Below, piece by piece: positions 24,716 through 35,533 of a stretch of 64,000 nt of DNA (position 1 is its first letter; every line of letters starts with the position of its first letter). The notes beneath the pieces were generated by a model. It searched no databases. It saw only the letters and a list, made by a program, of their open reading frames with translations, and was not told the origin of the DNA. Location of the stretch: contig CAVUQH010000003.1 in the NCBI GenBank assembly GCA_963743525.1, positions 1,120,001 through 1,184,000 on the forward strand, in the 5' to 3' direction. A program made the position numbers and the translations under genes. The DNA comes from an uncultured delta proteobacterium. Lineage in GTDB: Bacteria; Myxococcota_A; Polyangia; Haliangiales; Haliangiaceae.

Positions 24716-26393
24716 CTACAGCTGCTTCACCCACTGCTCGCCGGCGGCCAGCCGCCGGACGAGCTGGTCGGCCGTGGCCTCGGTGACCTTGCGGACCCCG
24801 GCTGCGCCGGTTGAGCTCGCCGTTGACCTCGCGGTGCGACTTGCCCGGTGACCGCCACCAGGTGGGCGACGAGGGCGGCGTTGTCCTTGCGCAGCTTGGA
24901 CTTCGTCTCGGCCAGGGGCCGACGCGACCGCGGCGCCGACGAGTACGCCGCTCGCGCCGGCGGCGGCAGCGGCGGCAGTCGGGATCTCGAGCGACTCGTC
25001 GCCGTCGTCGGGCTCCCACACCAGCTCCTCGGCCGACGTCGGCGTCGTCGTCGGGCCGTCGGCGCCCTCGACGCCGGTGGCCACGGCCGACATGGCCTGG
25101 AACAGCGACAGCTGCTCGTCGTCGCCGACCTCGTCGAGCGCGGCGGCCTGCTCGAGGTCGTCGATGCCGTCGTCGTCGTCGGCTCGCCGGCGCTTGAACA
25201 GCGAGTGGCGGCGCTGCTCGGCGATGCCCGTCGGCCAGGCGTCGCAGGCGCGGGTCGTCGGGGATGTACAGCCACGCCCGCTGGCGTGCGCAGCCCGCGG
25301 GTCCAGCGCACGAGGCGGCCCACGCGCCTGGCGGAAGAACAGCTCGGTGGTGGTGTTGGTGGCGAACACGCCGACCCGCAGGCGGGGGATGTCGACGCCC
25401 TCGGACACCATGCGCACCGCGACGATCCACGGGTCGTCCCGACGCGGCGAAGCGGGCGATCCGGGCCGAGGCCATCGGGTCGTCGGAGGTCGCCACCGTG
25501 GCCCGGATCCGCCGAGCGGCGCTCGAGCAGCTCGGCGATGGCCCGGGCGTGCTCCACGTCCATGGCGATGACCAGGCCCGCCGGCGTCGGGCTGGGTGCG
25601 GCGCGACCTCGAGCAGCCGGCGGTGGGCGTCCGTCGAGCACGGTCGGCAGCCACTCGCCCTCGAGCGACAGGGCGGTGCGCAGCCGCTGGTTGGCCCGGG
25701 CCGCGGTCGAGCTCGTCGTCGAAGTCGTGGCGAGTGGAACTGCGCCGTCGGGCGCCGACCCACTCCATGTGCCCCTTGATGCGGGGGAAGTGCACCGGGC
25801 GGACCACGCCGCCGTCGCGCAGGGCGTCGCCGTAGCCGTACTCGAAGTCGGGCACGGCCTCCTCCCACTCGTAGGTGACGAACGGGATCGGCGTCGGTGT
25901 CGGAGCGGAACGGCGTGCCCGACAGGCACAGGCGCCGGCCGGCGCCGGCGAACGCGATCGCGCAGGCCGTCGCCCCAGGCCCGGTCGTCGCCGGCGTGGT
26001 GGACCTCGTCGAGGACGACGAACCCGCCGTCGGGCGAGCCGGCGCGAGCGCCAGCGGGCTGGAGGCCACCTGCTGGTAGGTGGTGACGATGCCGTGCATG
26101 TCGGCCGGGCAGGGCGTCGCCGGCGCCGTCCAGAACGGCTCGAGGTGCGAGGTCGAAGCGCGGCCGCGGCCTGGGCCCACTGGCGCTTGAGGTGCTGGGT
26201 CGGGGCGACCACGACCAGCCGGCGCGTCGGGGTGCTCGGCCAGCCAGTGGCGGGCCGCGGTGAGGGCGAAGGTGGTCTTGCCGGCGCCCGGCGTGGCCAC
26301 GGCCAGGAAGTCGGCGCCGCCGGCGCCGACCCGGTCCGGAACCGCTCGAGGGCCGTCCTTCTGCCAGGGGCGGAGTCGGATCGTGCGGGCCAT
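24716..26393 (-). CDS. SF2 DEAD/DEAH-box helicase (ResIII-like); frameshifted
   Basis: LRPWQ, ATPGAGKTT, LDEVHHAG, LSGTPFRSD, MVSEGVDIPRLRVGV. Confidence 0.88.
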
Positions 26394-26491
26394 GGGGCGT
26401 CCGAGCATAGGGGCCACGGGCCACGCATCCGACCACCCCGATGTGGCAACGGCGTTGCCAGTCTAGGCGCGCACGGCTATCGTCGCCGTCG

Positions 26492-27620
26492 ATGATCAGC
26501 GTCGACACGTTCCGCGCCGAGGCCGAGGCGTGGCTCGCCGAGCAGACAGCCCACCGCCCCGCCCGACTGGGGGGCGATCATGCCGCCCGAGCGCCGGGAC
26601 GCAGGGCATGGAGTGGCAGCAGCGCATGCACGCCGCCGGCTTCGCCGGCATCCACTGGCCCGACGAGTACGGCGGTCGGGGCCTCACGGTCGAGCACCAC
26701 CAGGCCTGGATGCGAGCTCTGCGCCGACGCCGGCGTCCCGCCGTTCCTCAACATGGTCGGCCTCGTGCTGGCCGGCGGCGCGCTCCAGCTGTTCGGCACC
26801 GAGGACCAGAAGCAGGCCCACCTGCCCCCGACCGTCGAGGGCGAGCGGGTCTGGTGCCAGCTGTTCTCCGAGCCCGGCGCCGGCTCCGACCTGGCCGGCC
26901 TGCAGACGCGGGCCGAGCTCGACGGCGACACCTGGGTCGTCAACGGCCAGAAGGTGTGGTGCTCGGGCGGTCGGGCGTCGCGACTGGGGCATCCTGCTCG
27001 CCCGCACCGAACCCGACGGCGCCGCAAGCACGAGGGCATCTCGTTCTTCCTCATCGACATGTCCAGCGCCGGGCGTCGAGACCCGACCGCTGCGCCAGAT
27101 GACCGGCGACGCCGAGTTCGACGAGGTGTTCCTCACCGACGTCCGCCTGCCCGCCGACGCGCTGCTCGGCGAACGGGGCCAGGGCTGGGAGATCGCCATG
27201 TCGGCCCTCACCAACGAGCGGGGCCACATCGGCGGCATGGGCCGGGCGATCACCAAGCGGCTCGAGGCCATGCAGGCGCTGGCCGCCGCGACGGCGGCCT
27301 CGACGCCCGTGGCGCCAGCGACCGGCTCGTCGCAGCTCTACGTCCGGGGCCGGGCCTACCTGGCCATGACCCAGCGCCAGGGCCCGACGGCCTCGGTCGG
27401 CTCGTCGCTCGGCAAGCTCGGCATGACCGGCTTCCTGTTCGACCTGGCCGAGCTGCGCACCGACATCGCCGGCGCCGACGGCATGCTCGCCGGCCCCGAC
27501 GTCCGACGGCCTGCTCGCCGCGCCCGGGCGGCTGGTTCGGCGGCGGCACCAGCCAGGTGCAGCGCAACATCATCGGCGAGCGCATCCTCGGCCTGCCCCG
27601 GGAGCCCCGGCCGAGCGCGT
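26492..27620 (+). CDS. Acyl-CoA dehydrogenase; frameshifted, end approximate
   Basis: WPDEYGGRG, WCQLFSEPGAGSDLAG, NGQKVW, FDEVFLTDV, GGTSQVQRNIIGERILGLP. Confidence 0.9.
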
Positions 27621-28050
27621 CAGGAGTCGGGCGGTCGTCGGCCCGGCCGCTGGACCACCGGCGAGCCGTGGTGGTGGACGAGGCGCCAGCCCGTCGGCGG
27701 CCACGGACGAAGACGTTGGTGGCGGCCACGGCCTGGGTGCGCGCCGCCGTCGATCAGGTTCTCGTTGCACGTCACCCACGCGGCGTCGCCGACGACGGTG
27801 GACCCGCTCGTCGGTGACGATGAACTGGAGCCGCTGGGGGCCGTCGAAGAGCGCGAACCACGACGCCGCCACCGACGCCCAGCCGGACAGGATCGCCCAC
27901 CCGGGATGGACGCATGGTCGACACGGTCGGTGTGCTCCCAGACGTCGGACATGGCGTCGAGGTCGCGCGCCTCGAACGCGGCGTAGAACGCGGCGTTGGC
28001 GGCGCGCACGGCGCACGGCGTGCGCGGGTCCTCGTCGGTCGGACGTCCAT
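27620..28050 (-). CDS. NTF2/SnoaL-like protein; frameshifted
   Basis: AANAAFYAAFEARDLDAMSDVW..HPGW..GDAAWVTCNENL..ATNVF..WRLVHHHGSP. Confidence 0.8.
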
Positions 28051-28129
28051 GCGGGGGCCGACGGTAGCTCCTGCAGCGCTGCCGAGGTCCGGTCTGCGCG
28101 TGGCGACGGCGGTGCCAGGATGACCGACG

Positions 28130-28968
28130 ATGACCACCGTCGTCACTCCACCGACGGGGTGCGCAGCTCGCCGTCCACGAGCTCGGCGACCCGCCCCCCG
28201 ACGCCCGACCGCTGCTCCTGTGCCACGCCACCGGCTTCCACGGGCGGGTCTGGCGAGGCGTTGGCCGCCGAGCTGCCCGACCGGCGGTGCCTGGCTCTCG
28301 ACTTCCGCGGCTTCGGCGACTCCACCGAACCCGACGGCGAGCTCGACTGGTACGGCTTCGCCGACGACGTGCTGGCGGTCGTCGACCACTACGGGCCTCG
28401 ACCACGTGCAGGCGGTCGGGCACTCCAAGGGCGGCGCCGCCCTGCTGCTGGCCGAGGAGGCAGCGACCGGGCACCTTCGAGCGCCTGGTGTGCTTCGAGC
28501 CGATCGTGTTCCCGCCGAGGCCCGAGGAGGAGCGGGGCGACGAACCACCTGGCCGAGATCACCCGCCACCGCCGCGAGACGTTCGACTCCTTCGACGAGG
28601 CGATCGAGCGGTTCGCCGCCAAACCGCCGCTCGGCTCGCTGCGTCGCGACGTCCTCGAGGACTACGTCCGCCACGGGTTCTTCGAGCAGGACGACGGCAC
28701 CATCCGTCTCAAGGCCCGGCGCGAGCACGAGGCCATGACCTACGAGATGGGGCCCCGACACGACGGCTTCGCCCGGCTCGGCGAGGTCCACTGCCCGGTG
28801 CTGGTGGCCCACGGCGGCGACGGCGACGGCCCGGCCCAGATCGCACCGCTGGTCGCCGAGGCCCTGCCCGCGGGCACGCTGCGGTCGTTCCCCGAGCTCG
28901 GCCACTTCGGACCGCTCGAGGACCCGGCGGGCTTCGCCCACGTCGTTCGGGCGTTCCTCGATGCCTGA
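28130..28968 (+). CDS. Alpha/beta hydrolase; frameshifted
   Basis: HATGFH, DFRGFGDS, GHSKGG nucleophile elbow, GHFGPLE. Confidence 0.85.
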
Positions 28969-29013
28969 TGTCGATGGCGTGCTGTCGAGGTGTGACGGCG
29001 CGTCCGCGTTCGT

Positions 29014-29035
29014 TGTCGTACCCCGGACGTAGCCT
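29014..29035 (+). promoter_or_regulatory. PafBC/RecA-NDp-like DNA-damage promoter motif
   Basis: TGTCGT-N10-TAGCCT, 6 nt before the ATG of the RecB-family nuclease. Confidence 0.6.
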
Positions 29036-29041
29036 CTGATC

Positions 29042-29886
29042 ATGGCCCCGTCGCCCGGAGCGCTCCCGCTGCCCGGTTCGCTGTCGCCCTCCAAGCTGGC
29101 GAGCTTCACCTCCTGCGGGCTGCAGTTCCGCTTCACCACCATCGACCGGCTGCCCGAGCCACCAACGGTCCCCGCCACCCGCGGCACCCTGGTGCACGCC
29201 GCACTCGAGCACCTCTTCACCCTCCCCGCCGAAGCGCGTGCCCCGAGATCGGCGACGCCTGCGTCGACGTGGCGCTCGAGCGCCTGCGCCCCGACGCCGA
29301 CTGGACCGGTCTCGGCCTCGATGCCCAGGGCGAGGAGCAGCTGCGTGACCAGGCGCGCTCGCTCGTGCAGCGCTACTTCCGGCTGGAGGACCCCCGCACC
29401 GTCCACCCCGTCGGCCTCGAGCTCAAGATGGAGGTCGAGGTCGGCGGCGTGCGCCTACGCGGCATCATCGACCGGCTCGACCTGGTCGACGGCGAGCTCG
29501 TGGTCACCGACTACAAGACCGGCCGGGCACCGGGCGACGGGTACGCGCGGGCCAAGATGACCGGGGTGCACGTCTACTCGCTGATGTGCGAGCGCACCTT
29601 CGGACGCCGCCCGGTACGGGTGCAGCTGCTCCACCTGGCCGAACCGGTGGCCATCGTGGCCGAGCCGTCCGAGCAGTCGGCCACCGGTCTCGAGCGGCGC
29701 ATCGGGGCCGTGTGGCGGGCGGTCGAGGCCGCCTGCGAGCACGACGACTTCCGTCCCCGCCCGTCCCGCCTGTGCGACTGGTGCGCGTTCCAGCAGTGGT
29801 GCCCGTCGTTCGGCGGCGACCCCACCAAGGCCCGCGAAGAGCTCACCGGATCGGGTCAGCTGTCCCTGGTCGAGGCCGCGTCGTGA
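29042..29886 (+). CDS. RecB-family PD-(D/E)xK exonuclease with putative Fe-S cysteines; one frameshift near 29250
   Basis: LSPS..C..GTLVH; LRGIIDRLD..VTDYKTG; C-terminal CDWC..C. Confidence 0.88.
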
Positions 29887-30482
29887 CCGACCAGATCGAC
29901 ATCGCGCTCCCCACACCGCCCCAGCCCCGCGAAGCCAACGCCGTCGTCCGCTTCGACGCGGTCGTCGACGGCTTCTTCGAGCGCCTGCGGGGCAACGCCA
30001 CGGTCGATCGCGTCTTCTACACCGCATCCGAGCTGGGCGACTGGAGCGTGATCTGGCACCTGCTGGCGGTGCTGCGAGGGCTCCGGCACGACAGCGACCT
30101 CCACGGCACCCTGCGTGTGGTCACCATCATGGGGGCCGAGTCGGTGGTCGTGAACGGCCTCGTCAAGTCCCTGTTCCGCCGATCCCGCCCCGTGCACGAC
30201 GCTCCCCGGCCGCACCGGTTGCGCCAACCGAGCACGTCGAGCTTCCCGTCCGGGCACGCCACCGCAGCGGCCGTGTTCACGGTGGTCGCGGGCGAGGACG
30301 ACCGGTGGGCACCGCTCTATGCCGCCGTCGCCGCCACCGTGGCCACCTCGCGGGTCCACGTGCGCATCCACCACGCCTCCGACGTCGCCGGCGGGTTGAT
30401 CATCGGCACGGCGCTGGGCCTCGGCCTCCGGCGCTGGTGGCCGGCCGGCCGGCGCTGGCCCCGGGGCATCGGCTCGCGCTGA
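29883..30482 (+). CDS. PAP2-family phosphatase
   Basis: KSLFRRSRP, SFPSGH, SRVHVRIHHASDV motifs; GTG overlaps previous TGA. Confidence 0.88.
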   Translation: MTDQIDIALPTPPQPREANAVVRFDAVVDGFFERLRGNATVDRVFYTASELGDWSVIWHLLAVLRGLRHDSDLHGTLRVVTIMGAESVVVNGLVKSLFRRSRPVHDAPRPHRLRQPSTSSFPSGHATAAAVFTVVAGEDDRWAPLYAAVAATVATSRVHVRIHHASDVAGGLIIGTALGLGLRRWWPAGRRWPRGIGSR

Positions 30483-30513
30483 AGCGAGCCACCGCCTCTC
30501 CTACCCTGGCACC

Positions 30514-31943
30514 GTGGCGTACGAGGTCATCCGCCGACTGGCGCGCGGCGGTATGGGCGTGGTCGACCTCGCCCGCGACGACGACGGCCGCCTGGTGGCC
30601 TGCAAGCGGCTGGCGCTGCACGGGACGGCCAGCGAGATGCAGCAGGCGCACGTGCGGTTCCGCCGCGAGCTCGACGTGCTCCGCAGCCTCGACCACGAGG
30701 CCGTCGTCCCCCTCCTCGACGTGCTCGACGACGCCGGCGAGGTCGTCCTCGTCATGCCCTACCTGTCCGGCGGCAACCTGGCCGAGCGGGTCGGCCGAAC
30801 ACGGTCCCCTGCCGCCCGACCAGGTCCGGGCCATCGCCGACCGGCTGCTGCCCGCGCTGGCCACGGCCCACCGGCTGGGCATCATCCACCGCGACGTCAA
30901 ACCGGCCAACGTCCTGTTCGACGAGCAGGGGAAGGCCTACCTGGCCGACTTCGGCGTCGCCCGCACCCGCGACATCACCGGCGGGCTGACCCACACCGGG
31001 GTGGTGCTCGGCACGCCCGGGTTCCTCGTCCCCCGAGCAGGCCAGGGGCGACGCCCTCACCTCCGCGTCCGACATCGCCAGCCTCGGCGCCACGCTGCAC
31101 TTCGCCGTCACCGGCCTGAGCCCCTACGGAGACGGCGAGGCCCCGGCGGTGCTCCTGCGCACCGCCCGCGCCAAGGCGCGTGTCGACCGGACGATCGAGC
31201 CGCGACTGCGCCGGATGCTGGTGGCCATGCTCGACCCGCGCCCCGAACGACGCCCGACGGCGGCGGCCCTGGCCGGCGGGGCGGCCGGCACCCACCCCAT
31301 TCCGCTGCTCGTCCGGCGCCACCGCACCGCGTTCGCCGCGGGCGTGGCCGCGGTGGCGGTCCTGGTCGTGGCCGGGGTGGTGCTGACCGGACGGGGCGGC
31401 GACGGCGGCGAGCTGGTCGCCACCACGACCGCACCGGCAACCGCCCCCACCTCCACCGATCCGCCGTGCCAGCCCCTTCCGTACCAGCCGTGCGGCCAGC
31501 CCGCGGCCCCGTACACCGATGGCCGTCGGTGCATCGACGACCACGCCGACTACGACGGTCTGGCGGCCAACGGCTGCGAGGCGGCACCCGACACCGTCGA
31601 CGGCACCGACCTGGTCGAGCGCATCAGCGCCAACATCGTGCCGGCCGACGACGTCGACCGCTATCCCGTGCACATCAGCGACGCCGGCGACCTGCTGTGC
31701 AACAACACCTTCCACCTCCGCCTGGTGGCACCCGACGGTCTGGCCCTGCTCCTCGAGCTCTACGACGGCGGCGGCGAACTCGTCGACCGGGCCACGTCCG
31801 CCGACGGCGTCGCCGGCGAGATCACCGTCTCGGACCCGCGTTGCTTCCGCAGCGACGAGGCCGACTACGTCGCCGAAGTGCGACCGAGCGGCAGCGACCG
31901 GACCGCCGCCGACTACGTGTTGACCCGCGAAGGCAGCTTCTGA
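30514..31943 (+). CDS. Transmembrane Ser/Thr protein kinase with Cys-containing extracellular domain; frameshifted
   Basis: ARGGMGVV, HRDVKPANV, DFG, GTPGF; TM segment; C-terminal domain with several Cys. Confidence 0.88.
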
Positions 31944-31952
31944 GGCTGAGGC

Positions 31953-32276
31953 TCAGCGCCCGAACAGGCGGTCGAGCAGGCCCCGCTCCTCGTCGGGGAG
32001 GTCGTCGGGCTCGAGGTGGGGCGCCTCGACGTGGATGGCGGCCAGGACGGCCGAGGGGCTGGGATTGACCATCTGGGCGTCGCCGACCACCACGGTGGGC
32101 ACCGTCTCGTTGCCGTTGGCGATCGACCGCACGGTGGCGGCGGCGTCGGCATCCTCCCAGATGTTGTGCTTGTCGAGCGGTACGCCCAAGCCGGACAGCC
32201 GGCGCTCGAGTCGCATGCAGAAGCCGCAGCCGGGTCGCCAGTAGAAGGTGATCGCATCGGGGGTCATGTCGGTCAC
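31953..32276 (-). CDS. Glutaredoxin/mycoredoxin-like protein
   Basis: WRPGCGFC and NGNETVPTV motifs. Confidence 0.85.
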   Translation of the reverse strand: MTDMTPDAITFYWRPGCGFCMRLERRLSGLGVPLDKHNIWEDADAAATVRSIANGNETVPTVVVGDAQMVNPSPSAVLAAIHVEAPHLEPDDLPDEERGLLDRLFGR

Positions 32277-32354
32277 CTACCCAACAACCGGCGTTCAGGT
32301 ACGGACATTCCCGTCACGGCGAGCGCGTGACGGCCCCGCTAGCGTCGCCGGACC

Positions 32355-33356
32355 ATGGGCATGGACCGAGCCGGATTCACCTTCGCGAGCATCATGGCGC
32401 TGGGGCCACAGCTCGCCGTCGACACCGCGCGTGAGGCCGAGGAGCTCGGCTACCGCTCGTTCTGGACGGCCGAGACCACCGGCCCCGAGGCGTTCTCGAC
32501 CCTGGGCGCCGCCGGCGCTGCCGCCCCGTCGCTGGGGCTGGGCACCGGCGTCCTCGCCCTGCAGCTGCGCACCCCGATGGTGGTGGCCATGGCGGCGGCC
32601 ACCCTGCAGGCCCTGCAGCCCGAGCGCGACGTGTACGTGGGCATCGGCATCTCGTCGCCGGTGGTCACCGAGCGGTGGCACGGCGTCGACTACGGCGAAC
32701 GTCCCCTGGCCCGCTGCCGCGAGTACATGACGTTGCTCAAGGAGATCTGGCAGGGCGACGCCGTCACCTTCGAGGGCGACTTCTACGGCCTCAAGCGTGC
32801 CCGGTTGGGCGTTCGCCTGGGCGACAAGAAGCCCAAGGTGGTACTCGGCGCCCTCAACCCCAAGATGCTCGCCCTGGGTGGCGAGGTGGCCGACGGTGTC
32901 CTGCTCAACTACCTGCCGTCGTCCCACGTGCCGTGGTCGGTCGAGCAGATCCGGGCCGGCGAGGCCCGGCGCACCGACGGCGGCTCGTGCACGGTCTTCG
33001 CGTACATCCACGCCGGCGTCACCGAAACCGAGCACGGCATCGACAACGCTCGCAAGGATCTGTTCTCCTACGCCGTGGTCGACGCCTACGCCCGCAACTT
33101 CGAGCGCGCCGGCTTCGGCGACGACGTGGCCGCCATCCGCGAGCGACATGCCGAGCGCGACCGCGAGGGCGCCGTGGCCGCCGTCAGCGACGAGTTCGCC
33201 CAGGCGATCGACTTCCTCGGCACGGCCGACCAGGTGGGCGACTTCGCCCGGGCCTACGTCGACGCCGGCGTCGAGGTGCCGGTCCTCATGCCGATGCCGT
33301 GGGGTCCCGACCGCCGCCAGGTGATCAGCGACACGATGCGGGCGTTCATCGCCTGA
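32355..33356 (+). CDS. LLM-class (luciferase-like, probably F420-dependent) oxidoreductase
   Basis: AEELGYRSFWTAE, LGTGV, GALNPKMLALGGEVADG. Confidence 0.88.
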   Translation: MGMDRAGFTFASIMALGPQLAVDTAREAEELGYRSFWTAETTGPEAFSTLGAAGAAAPSLGLGTGVLALQLRTPMVVAMAAATLQALQPERDVYVGIGISSPVVTERWHGVDYGERPLARCREYMTLLKEIWQGDAVTFEGDFYGLKRARLGVRLGDKKPKVVLGALNPKMLALGGEVADGVLLNYLPSSHVPWSVEQIRAGEARRTDGGSCTVFAYIHAGVTETEHGIDNARKDLFSYAVVDAYARNFERAGFGDDVAAIRERHAERDREGAVAAVSDEFAQAIDFLGTADQVGDFARAYVDAGVEVPVLMPMPWGPDRRQVISDTMRAFIA

Positions 33357-33380
33357 ACGCCCGCATCGCGCCGTCAGGCA

Positions 33381-33947
33381 TCACTCGACCGTGATCGTGC
33401 CGATCATCCCGGCGTCGTAGTGGCCCGGCTGGTGGCAGGCGTAGGTGTACTCGCCCGGTTCGGTGAACGTGAAGGCCAGCTGCTTGGTCTCTCCCGGCTG
33501 GACCGCGATGGCGTTGGGCTCATCACCCATCACCATCCCCGGCGCCATGTTCGCCATCTCCTCCTCGTGGTCGAGCTGGAGCTGGTGATCGCCGAGCACG
33601 AACTCGTGCAGCAGCTTGCCCTCGTTCGTGACCTCGAAGTCCACCGTCTTGCCCGCCTGCACCGTCACCGACGGCGGGTCGTACGAGAGCGAGTCGAGCA
33701 TGGAGACCTGGATGGTCCGCTCGGCGTCGGCGGGGTCGGCCGGCTCGCCGAACGAGAACGACTCCTCGCCTCCCCCGCCTCCGGACGACGTGCCGGACAT
33801 GTCGCCCATCGTGGTGGTGGTCAGGGCGCCGCTCTCGGCGACGGGCGCCGAGTCGTCATCGCCGCAGGCGGTGGTGACGAGGGCCAGGGCCATGATCGCC
33901 GCGCCCAGGGCGAGCGCGCGTCGTGGACGTGTGGATTGCGTGAGCAT
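33381..33947 (-). CDS. Cupredoxin (plastocyanin/azurin, CopI-like) lipoprotein
   Basis: Lipobox TTAC; HEFVLG and CHQPGHYDAGM type-1 Cu ligands; Met-rich segment. Confidence 0.88.
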   Translation of the reverse strand: MLTQSTRPRRALALGAAIMALALVTTACGDDDSAPVAESGALTTTTMGDMSGTSSGGGGGEESFSFGEPADPADAERTIQVSMLDSLSYDPPSVTVQAGKTVDFEVTNEGKLLHEFVLGDHQLQLDHEEEMANMAPGMVMGDEPNAIAVQPGETKQLAFTFTEPGEYTYACHQPGHYDAGMIGTITVE

Positions 33948-34076
33948 GAGAGGTGTTCCTTCTGTCGATGTGCGGGCTCGAAACGTGGGTTCCATCGCCC
34001 CTAGGGCGGCGGGCCGTCACGTCCCATCGCCGCCATCGACGGCGGAAGGGGCGCGGGTCGGGGTGCAGTCCCCCCG

Positions 34077-34355
34077 TCATCCGGGTCGGCGGTGACCGAC
34101 GCGGGGAAGCGGGACCAGGCAGCACCGTCCCCGGGCCACCGTCGCATGCACCTTCCGATGATGGGGACGAACGGCCGACGGCACGGCCGCGTGGGACTGG
34201 CTCGTTCCCACGGCGGCCACACGGTGCCAGCGCACGGCCACCCGGCTGTCGAGGCCGTGCATCCCCAGGACGGCGACGACGACGAACAGCGAACCGATGA
34301 TCCACATCGGCGCCGGCAACGACCGGGGCAACGCCATTCCGTCATGTTGTGCCAT
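34077..34355 (-). CDS. Possible small DUF6153-like protein upstream of the cupredoxin; probably frameshifted
   Basis: Hydrophobic stretch ending VLGMHGL followed by His-containing segment; boundaries uncertain. Confidence 0.35.
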   Translation of the reverse strand: MAQHDGMALPRSLPAPMWIIGSLFVVVAVLGMHGLDSRVAVRWHRVAAVGTSQSHAAVPSAVRPHHRKVHATVARGRCCLVPLPRVGHRRPG

Positions 34356-34457
34356 CGGTCACCTCGGCTCTCAGTCAACCCTGACGGAGCGGCAACGCCA
34401 ACCGGGCGCCCGGCACGCATGCACGCATCGCGTGCCGACTGACTAGGTTCCGGCGTC

Positions 34458-35242
34458 GTGCAGCTGCAGGACAAGAACATCGTCGTCACCGGCGGGGCCA
34501 ACGGCATCGGCGCCGCCCTCTGCCGTCGATTCGCCGTCGAATCGCCCCGGATGATCGCCGTCGCCGACATCGACGGCGACGGGGCCCGCGACATCGCCGC
34601 CGAGATCGGCGGCAGTGCCGTCCAGGCCGATCTGGGCACCGAGGCCGGCAACCGCGACGTGGTCGCCGCCGCCGCCGAGCACGGCCCCATCGATCTGCTG
34701 TTCTGCAACGCCGGCATCGTGGTCGGCGGCGGCGTCGAGGCGCCCGACTCCGAGTGGGACCGCATCTGGGCCATCAACGTGATGGCCCACGTGTGGGCGG
34801 TGCGCGCCGCCCTGCCCGACATGCTCGCCCGGGGCGAGGGCTACATCTGCACCACCGCATCGGCGGCCGGGCTACTGACCAACCTCGGCGCCGCCCCCTA
34901 CTCGGTCACCAAGCACGCCGCCGTGGGCCTGGCCGAGTGGCTGGCCATCACCCACGGCGACCAGGGCATCAGCGTGTCGTGCCTGTGCCCGCAGGGCGTG
35001 CGCACCGACATGCTGTTCCCCGATGACGACGACGAGGCCGACGCCGGCGGCCGGTCAGCGTGCGGGCGCAGGGCGTGCTCGAGCCCGAGGACGTCGCCGA
35101 GGCGGTCGTCGCGGGCATGGCCGACGAGCGGTTCCTGATCCTCCCCCACCCCGAGGTCCTCGACTACTTCCAGCGCAAGGCCGACGACTACGACCGCTGG
35201 CTGGCCGGGATGCGCAGCCTCCAGGCCCGCATGCAGGACTGA
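34458..35242 (+). CDS. SDR oxidoreductase; one frameshift near 35055
   Basis: [23 protein letters not shown]. Confidence 0.9.
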
Positions 35243-35259
35243 ACCCGCCCGAGGCTGCG

Positions 35260-35532
35260 GTGGTCGACACCTGGCTCCGCTCGCTCGGTCTGCGCCCCGG
35301 CGCCGAGATCCGCTTCCGGCGCCGCCCCGGCGAGCGCTGGCTGCCGGGCAAGGTCATGGGCCGCGAAGCCGACGGCTCCGTCGACCTGCGCGACGCGCGA
35401 GGCCGTTCCCGGGCGATCCCGGTCGACCAGATCGAGGTGTCCGAGCGCGGCCCACGCGGCGGCCGGGTGTGGACGCCGCTCACCGACATCGTCGCCCGCA
35501 CCGAGCAGCTCGACCTGTTCGACGACAGCTGA
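35260..35532 (+). CDS. Hypothetical protein (~90 aa)
   Basis: LGLRPGAEIRFRRR..GSVDLRD..EQLDLF; coding-like GC3 bias. Confidence 0.6.
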   Translation: MVDTWLRSLGLRPGAEIRFRRRPGERWLPGKVMGREADGSVDLRDARGRSRAIPVDQIEVSERGPRGGRVWTPLTDIVARTEQLDLFDDS

Positions 35533-35533
35533 C

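Noticed and set aside
24716..26393. Helicase as part of a restriction or anti-phage system
   Set aside because: No methyltransferase, nuclease partner or defence context; neighbours are metabolic genes
29042..29886. Cas4-like nuclease hinting at CRISPR
   Set aside because: No repeat-spacer array or other cas genes in the window; fits a stand-alone RecB-family repair nuclease
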